From: Octopus sinensis
Lineage: Eukaryota
NCBI RefSeq assembly: GCF_006345805.1
Contig: NW_021832306.1
Span: 1-30,414, forward strand
Reading direction: 5' to 3'
DNA length: 30,414 bases
Shown here piece after piece: positions 23,995 through 30,414 of the stretch. The notes below the pieces were generated by a model that did no database searches, was not told where the DNA came from, and saw only the letters and a program-made list of their open reading frames with translations. A program made the translations under genes and the position numbers. Position 1 is the first letter of the stretch, and each line of letters begins with the position of its first letter.

Positions 23995-24225
23995 GTAGAG
24001 GCGAAATGGCCCAGTGGTTAGGGCAGCGGACTCGCGGTCGGAGGATCGTGGTTTCGATTCCCAGACCGGGCGTTGTGTGTATTTATTGAGCGAAATCACA
24101 TAAAGCTCCATGAAGCTCATGCAGGTGGGGGCGACCCTTGTTGTACTCTTTCGCCCCAACTTTCGGACTTCTCCCATCTTGCGAGCTCTGGGACGAAGAC
24201 CGTTCGCTCAACAGCAACAGCAACA
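23995..24225 (+). mobile_element. tRNA-SINE family B (tail type 2), internally deleted
   Basis: Head as above; CAACTTTC joins directly to TTTCGGACTTCTCCC, skipping the middle seen in 20143-20527. Confidence 0.85.
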
Positions 24226-25241
24226 TTGACATTGACATCAACAGACAAACCATCCATTCTGTGGTTTCCCGTCTTTAAAGAAATCGCATAAAAGACATAC
24301 GGAGAACAGTATCTGTATCTGATGCCTGGGGTAAAATATCCATATTGCTATCTTTAAATTCAAAATGTTATGGAGAAAAGACTTCAAAACAAGCTTTGTA
24401 AAATACTCGCTCGGAGCAAAAAACGTTTTTCTGTTCAGAGTTAACTGTGACTCAAAACACTTGTTATGGCCAAAGGAAAAAGTTCTTTGAGCCTACGAAG
24501 GATTTTTCTACGACGTGCGGAGGATGTGGACAACTCACTGGACCTCTGAGGTGATAAAAGAAAAGAATACTCCGATTCTTTTCCCAATAAACTTCCAGAA
24601 AATATTACATATATTAAGAGATAAGTTTAGTTTATCAGTTTCTTCTTCAGTTCTTTTTCCTGTTTCGATTTTACAGTTTCTTTTCTAGTCTATCTAGATA
24701 ATCGTCTGCTATTTCCTCGGTATTATCAAGGAGAAGTGCTCTGCCTTGCCATGAATGGCTTGTCTGTTGATATTAATGTCAATGTTGGTTCAATGCACTT
24801 AGGGACGAGTGTTTCAAGAAGATAAAGAGAACATCGTTTGAAATCTAAAGTATAGTATTTTATGGCATAGAAGACGAACGGGTGTATTAGGGGCACCTGA
24901 TTTCAGCTGCACACATTCAGGACAAAAGAAAAGATCTCAGTGCCTTAAAGCTTATGGGTGGCCCAACCTCGCATATGGGATGCGGAGTGACATTTGGAAG
25001 CATTTTGTGGCGTTGGAAATAGGGTTCCTTATATGACATGAAATACGGTTCATTCACGTCAACATCGAATGTTCCTTCATAAATTGAAGATGAATAAATA
25101 AATAAATGGATAAAAATAAAATAGTCAAATAAATAAATAGAAATGGGATTTCATTTTCAAAGCAAATCTTAAAATGATAATAGAGCAGTTTGAGCCGAAA
25201 TATCGCATTACACACACACCACACACACACACACCACACAC

Positions 25242-25286
<45 letters not shown>

Positions 25287-25482
25287 TATTATATATTATA
25301 TAAAGGGCTTAGTAAAATAAATTACTTTGCCGCATACTGAACTCATTAGAAATAGCAGCTAAAAAACTTTTTTAAAGCTATTTCTAATACTTAAAGAAAA
25401 TCTCTCTCATATATAGTGTTTGCTTAATTCAACTCACAAAAGTGGGGGTAAGGGACATCGAAAAATCAATGCTAAGGTTATT

Positions 25483-25538
25483 TGAGAAACGTACGTTTCA
25501 AGATTAGTCAAAAAAAAACACTTCTATTCATCAGCTCA
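25483..25538 (-). ncRNA. Hammerhead-like motif in the inverted unit (one extra T near the cleavage site)
   Basis: TGAG-CTGATGA-..GACTAATCTT-GAAA-CGTACG-TT-T-CTCA. Confidence 0.45.
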
Positions 25539-26118
25539 GAATTCTTGGTTTGGATTTGGAAACACTGAAAATAAGAACATACCCTTTCGAAGATCCGCTC
25601 GTAACTAACAGTGCCAACAAATTCAAATAAGCAAGCGAAGAATCTCTGTTCTCCCCTTTCCACAGCGTGGGTTAAAATCATCAACACTATGCTTATTTCG
25701 GTAAAATCCGAAGCATTAATCAGAGGGAGATTAATTATAATTTCAACAATTGAGGGCAAAATTTAATAATTATTAATCAATTTCACCAAGTGTTTACTAA
25801 GCCCTTTTATATAATGTAATAATTTGAATTCGCCTTGAATGGTCCTTTGCATACTGAACACTGGTGAAATTGATTAATAATTAATTAATTTTGCCCTCAA
25901 TTGTTGAAATTATAATTAATCTCCCTCTGATTAATGCTTCGGATTTTACCCCGAAATAAGCATAGTGTTTGATGATTTTAACCCACGCGGTGGTGGAAAG
26001 GGGAGAACAGAGATTCTTCGCTTGCTTATTTGAATTGTTGGCACTGTAGTTTACGAGCGGATCTTCGAAGGGTATGTTCTTATTTTCAGTTGTTTCCAAA
26101 TCCAAACCAAGGAATTTC

Positions 26119-26170
26119 TGAGCTGATGATAGAAGTGTTGTTTTGACTAATCTTGAAACGTACGTTCTCA
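26119..26170 (+). ncRNA. Minimal type-I hammerhead motif, unit 1
   Basis: TGAG-CTGATGA-TAGAAGTgttgttttgACTAATCTT-GAAA-C-GTAC-G-TT-CTCA. Complete core, stem I TGAG/CTCA, palindromic stem III, GUU site ending 26166. Stem II is imperfect (AGA/TCT plus AGT/ACT). Confidence 0.65.
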
Positions 26171-26656
26171 AATAACCTTAGCATTTGATTTTTCGATGTC
26201 CTTACCCCCAAACTTTTGTGAGTTGAATTAAGCAAACACTATATATGAGAGAGATTTCTTAAGTATTAGAAATAGCTTTAAAAAAGTTTTTAGCTGCTAT
26301 TTCTAATGAGTTCAGTATGCGGCAAAGTAATTTATTTTACTAAGCCCTTTTTATATATGTAATAATTTGAATTTGCCTTGAATGGTCCTTTGCATACTGG
26401 ACACTTGGTGAAATTGATTAATAATTAATTAATTTTGCCCTCAATTGTTGAAATTATAATTAATCTCCCTCTGATTAATGCTTCGGATTTTACCGAAATA
26501 AGCATAGTGTTTGATGATTTTAACCCACGCTGGTGGAAGGGAGAACAGAGATTCTTCGCTTGCTTATTTGAATTCGTTGGCACTGTTAGTTACGAGCGGA
26601 TCTTCGAAGGGTATGTTCTTATTTTCAGTGTTTCCAAATCCAAACCAAGGAATTTC

Positions 26657-26708
26657 TGAGCTGATGATAGAAGTGTTGTTTTGACTAATCTTGAAACGTA
26701 CGTTCTCA
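26657..26708 (+). ncRNA. Minimal type-I hammerhead motif, unit 2
   Basis: Same motif; predicted cleavage after 26704. Confidence 0.65.
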
Positions 26709-27195
26709 AATAACCTTAGCATTTGATTTTTCGATGTCCTTACCCCCAAACTTTTGTGAGTTGAATTAAGCAAACACTATATATGAGAGAGATTTTCTTT
26801 AAGTATTAGAAATAGCTTAAAAAGTTTTTTAGCTGCTATTTCTAATGAGTTCAGTATGCGGCAAAGTAATTTATTTTACTAAGCCCTTTTATATAATGTA
26901 ATAATTTGAATTTGCCTTGAATGGTTCCTTTGCATACTGAACACTTGGTGAAATGATTATAATAATTAATTTTGCCCTTAATTGTTGAAATTATAATTAA
27001 TCTCCCTCTGATTAATGCTTCGGATTTTACCGAAATAAGCATAGTGTTTGATGATTTTAACCCACGCTGGTGGAAAGGGAGAGAACAGAGATTCTTCGCT
27101 TGCTTATTTGAATTCGTTGGCACTGTTAGTTACGAGCGGATCTTCGAAAGGGTATGTTCTTATTTTCAGTGTTTCAAATCCAAACCAAGGAATTC

Positions 27196-27247
27196 TGAGC
27201 TGATGATAGAAGTGTTGTTTTGACTAATCTTGAAACGTACGTTCTCA
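27196..27247 (+). ncRNA. Minimal type-I hammerhead motif, unit 3
   Basis: Same motif; predicted cleavage after 27243. Confidence 0.65.
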
Positions 27248-27554
27248 AATAACCTTAGCATTTGATTTTTCGATGTCCTTACCCCCAAACTTTTGTGAGT
27301 TGAATTAAGCAACACTATATATGAGAGAGATTTTCTTTAAGTATTAGAAATAGCTTTAAAAAAGTTTTTTAGCTGCTATTTCTAATGAGTTCAGTATGCG
27401 GCAAAGTAATTTATTTTACTAAGCCCTTTTATATAATGTAATTTGAATTTGCCTTGAATGGTCCTTTGCATACTGAACACTTGGTGTGAAATTGATAATA
27501 ATTAATAATTTTGCCCTCAATTGTTGAAATTATATATATATATATATATATATA

Positions 27555-27720
27555 TACGTCGGGCTTCTTTCAGTTTCCGTCTACAAAATCCACTCACAAG
27601 GCTTTGGTTGGCCGGAGGCTATAGTAGAAGACACTTGACCAAGGGTCCACGCAGTAGGACTGAACCTGGTACCATGTTGTTTGTAAGCAAGCTTCTAACC
27701 ACACAGCCACTCCTGCGCCT
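27555..27720 (-). mobile_element. tRNA-SINE family C, 5' half
   Basis: AGGCGCAGGAGTGGCTGTGTGGTTAGAAGCTTGC..GGAAACTGAAAGAAGCCCGACG followed by the (TA)n that the array occupies. Confidence 0.85.
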
Positions 27721-27745
27721 ACATACACACACAGATTGGTTTAAA

Positions 27746-28111
27746 CAATGGCTGACCAACCTGAGACAATTGTCTTGCGGCCCGTTGAAGTATTGTTTAA
27801 TCTCAAAACAAAATTGTTTGTATAAAACATTTGATTTTTGATTTTTCCAGTTTCAGCTAATGAGCTGTAGCCATGCTGGGGCACCGCCATTTTGTTTCAA
27901 AATAAAAATTTGTTTCAAAATAAAAATTGAAATTTATAAAGTGGCATTAAAGCAATCGCCTACAAGTTTATAAGTTTAAACAAACGAAAAGTATGAAAAC
28001 TTCTTGATTCTCTGATTTATTTGACTATTAGTGCATAAAGTACGCAAGCGGCCCTCAAAATTTTTCAGTGATTAAAGTGGCCCACAATGCAATTCGTGTT
28101 GGCCAGGACTG
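27746..28111. mobile_element. Probable old hAT (Charlie-like) MITE
   Basis: Imperfect TIRs CAATGGCTGACCAAC and GTTGGCCAGGACTG, subterminal GCGGCCC/GTGGCCC, and candidate 8-bp TSD GTTTAAAC (27739-27746, sharing one C with the TIR) versus GATTAAAC (28112-28119). Confidence 0.55.
27841..27888 (-). mobile_element. Family-C SINE 3' end fragment inside the MITE
   Basis: GTTTCAGC..CTGTAGCCATGCTGGGGCACCGCC is the reverse complement of the family-C end at 17560-17600. Confidence 0.45.
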
Positions 28112-28192
28112 GATTAAACACATGTATATGTATATCTGAGTGTGTGTGTGTGTGTGTGTACATATATTTATACGTACGTGTACATATATCAT

Positions 28193-28392
28193 TTATCTTT
28201 TGCTTGTTTCAGTTTGTAGACTGCGGCCATATTGGGGGTACCCTTTCTAGGGCTTTAGTTGCGGGAATCTACAGTTGTACTTATTCCAAAGTTTTTGTCT
28301 ATCGTTCTCTTTAGCCGAACCGCTAGATTAACAGGACGTAAACAAAACAACTATGGTCATCCAGCAGTGGAAGGATATAAAAGCACGCGCAA
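28193..28392 (-). mobile_element. Family-C SINE 3' half, diverged
   Basis: CTTGTTTCAG..GACTGCGGCCAT..TCTATCG..GCCGAACCGCTAG..GGACGTAAAC matches 17400-17600 reversed. Confidence 0.55.
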
Positions 28393-28439
28393 AAAACTCT
28401 GAAGAAGCCAGGGTGTGGTGTGTGTGTGTGTGCGTGTGT

Positions 28440-28775
<336 letters not shown>

Positions 28776-28862
28776 TTACAACTTATAAACAAGGGCAAAA
28801 GAAAAAAAGTTCTAATGCCAAATATGCCGAAAACAGACATTTCGTCAATAACCATATAGGTA

Positions 28863-29739
28863 TTGGTGTCCTGTACCCATATATGCATGTATATATATAT
28901 ACATGTAGAGGTAGGTACGTACATATATGTATGTATATATGCATATGTTTTATTTATTTATTAATTTATTATATGACGGAGCGCACGCGTCCATTTCTAA
29001 GTAAGATTGTTCTTAATATTAATAATGATGCGCACTCTTAACCTTTCTCTCCTCCTCCTTTTCTCAGTCTTCATTCTTTTGGCTTTCCTTTTCTTCTACC
29101 TTACTGTCTCTCCCTCTCTCTCCCTTTCTCATTCTTCATTCTTTTCTCTACAACCATTCTCTTTTTTCTCTCCCCTTCTCTTACTCCTCCTCCTCCCTCC
29201 CGTCGCGGACACGTAATGAGAAGACTACTACTGTCTTTCTTCTCCTGGCTACCTTCAAGTAGAAACGGCACATCTGTTGCTCCCTCGCCGTTCTCAAAAA
29301 ATAGCGTTCGTAAAAAATTTTATCCCGTTCGTCTTAACAGCCCTTCTTGTTTGTGTTACTGTTATTCTCCTTGTCCTGTCTTTTACTGTCGTTACTGTCC
29401 TGTTTTTGTTACCATTTTTACCCCTCCGCAAAAAAAATCTCAAATTTCGCGGGAAGTATAGTTTCATCAAAGTCATGTATCGCCTTGACCTTCGAAACGT
29501 GGAGTAGATGAAACAAAGGCGACTGAAGAAGCGGAATTTTCCTAGTTTTGTATGTCCTGTACTCTATTTTTTCGTTGTTTAAGAAAAATGTCCATTTCTT
29601 TGGTTTTGTGTTTATGTTTTCGTTTCTCATTGTGTTCGACGTTTTTTTTGGTGTCCTGTACCCATATATGCATGTATATATACATGTAGAGGTAGGTACG
29701 TACATTTATGTATGTATATATGCATATGTTTTATTTATT

Positions 29740-29748
<9 letters not shown>
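28863..29748. mobile_element. Unclassified ~885-bp non-coding element with ~100-bp direct terminal repeats
   Basis: 28863-28968 and 29648-29748 are nearly identical (one substitution and a 4-bp AT indel), 785 bp apart; the element ends in (TA)n. Confidence 0.6.
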
Positions 29749-29788
<40 letters not shown>

Positions 29789-30028
29789 GTATGTGTGTTT
29801 GTGTGAGTGTATGTAAATACATATATGAATATATATATATATAATGGTAAATAGACAGATATATAAGTACAGGCACACACACACACACACACACACATAC
29901 TTACTCACATACACACATACATACATGCGTATATATATATGAACGATATAGAGATGAATAAGGATATACGAAAAGTAAATGAGTTGAAGATGGTGGAACC
30001 ATTGTTTAACGATTTGTACCTTCTGCAG

Positions 30029-30134
30029 ATGAAACTAAAGAAAAGAAAACCAAAACAAACAACTCGAAGATCACGTGACGTGTGTGAAGAATGTAAATCT
30101 CGGTTTAATAAGAAAATGATAACTTTAACTATCG
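30029..30134 (+). CDS. Weak candidate internal exon (MKLKKRKPKQTTRRSRDVCEECKSRFNKKMITLTI)
   Basis: Branch-like TTTAAC, acceptor CCTTCTGCAG, donor G|GTAAAT and an open frame. No recognised homology. Confidence 0.22.
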
Positions 30135-30414
30135 GTAAATGAAAACCTCGAACAGCTTAACGCTTTTTTCCAGTTAATGTCGCTGTCAAAACCTGCAGAG
30201 ACAAATTCTAGTCAATTAACAAACCTTCTCATTTATTCCCCATTCCCGTATATTCCAGAAGGGTTTTTCATTCTACATACATGTCACCATATAATGATAT
30301 AATATTTCTCTGGCCCACTGTTCATGTAAATATGTGTGTGTGTGTGTCTGTGTGTGTGTGTGTGTTTGCGTGTGTGTATACAACGTATAGTATATATATA
30401 CTTATGTAGATATA

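Larger units (their letters stand above)
25295..27533. repeat. ~540-bp hammerhead-bearing repeat: one inverted copy plus 3 full and 1 partial tandem copies (retrozyme / Penelope-derived candidate)
   Basis: Forward units start ACTAAGCCC at 25796, 26339, 26878 and 27418 (543, 539 and 540 bp, plus ~115 bp). Inverted copy 25295-25794. Both ends run into (TA)n. Confidence 0.92.

Noticed and set aside
24423-24554. STTCGGCGQLTGP resembling a TnpB/Fanzor zinc-finger start
   Set aside because: A stop follows immediately; no second CxxC or RuvC-III motif is visible in any frame.
25508-27223. Repeated 70-95 aa ORFs in the 540-bp array
   Set aside because: Frames and stops differ between near-identical units, and there is no GIY-YIG or RT motif.

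Overview
AT-rich, microsatellite-dense eukaryotic DNA. The SINE types and repeat landscape suggest an octopus/cephalopod genome, which is inference and not a database result. No host gene is identifiable with confidence, and almost all ORFs in the track are microsatellite read-throughs. Mobile DNA dominates: a complete but dead CMC/Chapaev3-type DNA transposon (1982-4181), a 5'-truncated R4/Dong-type LINE (17939-19230), a second RLE-type LINE remnant, a non-autonomous Helitron (15678-16075), a probable hAT MITE, and four tRNA-SINE families (my labels A-D). The most notable element is a ~540-bp non-coding repeat at 25295-27533, present as one inverted copy plus about 3.2 tandem copies inside a (TA)n tract. 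Each unit carries a minimal type-I hammerhead-ribozyme motif with a palindromic stem III and several hairpins, i.e. a candidate retrozyme / Penelope-mobilised circular-RNA element. Three further decayed hammerhead-like motifs of different sequence are scattered in the window.
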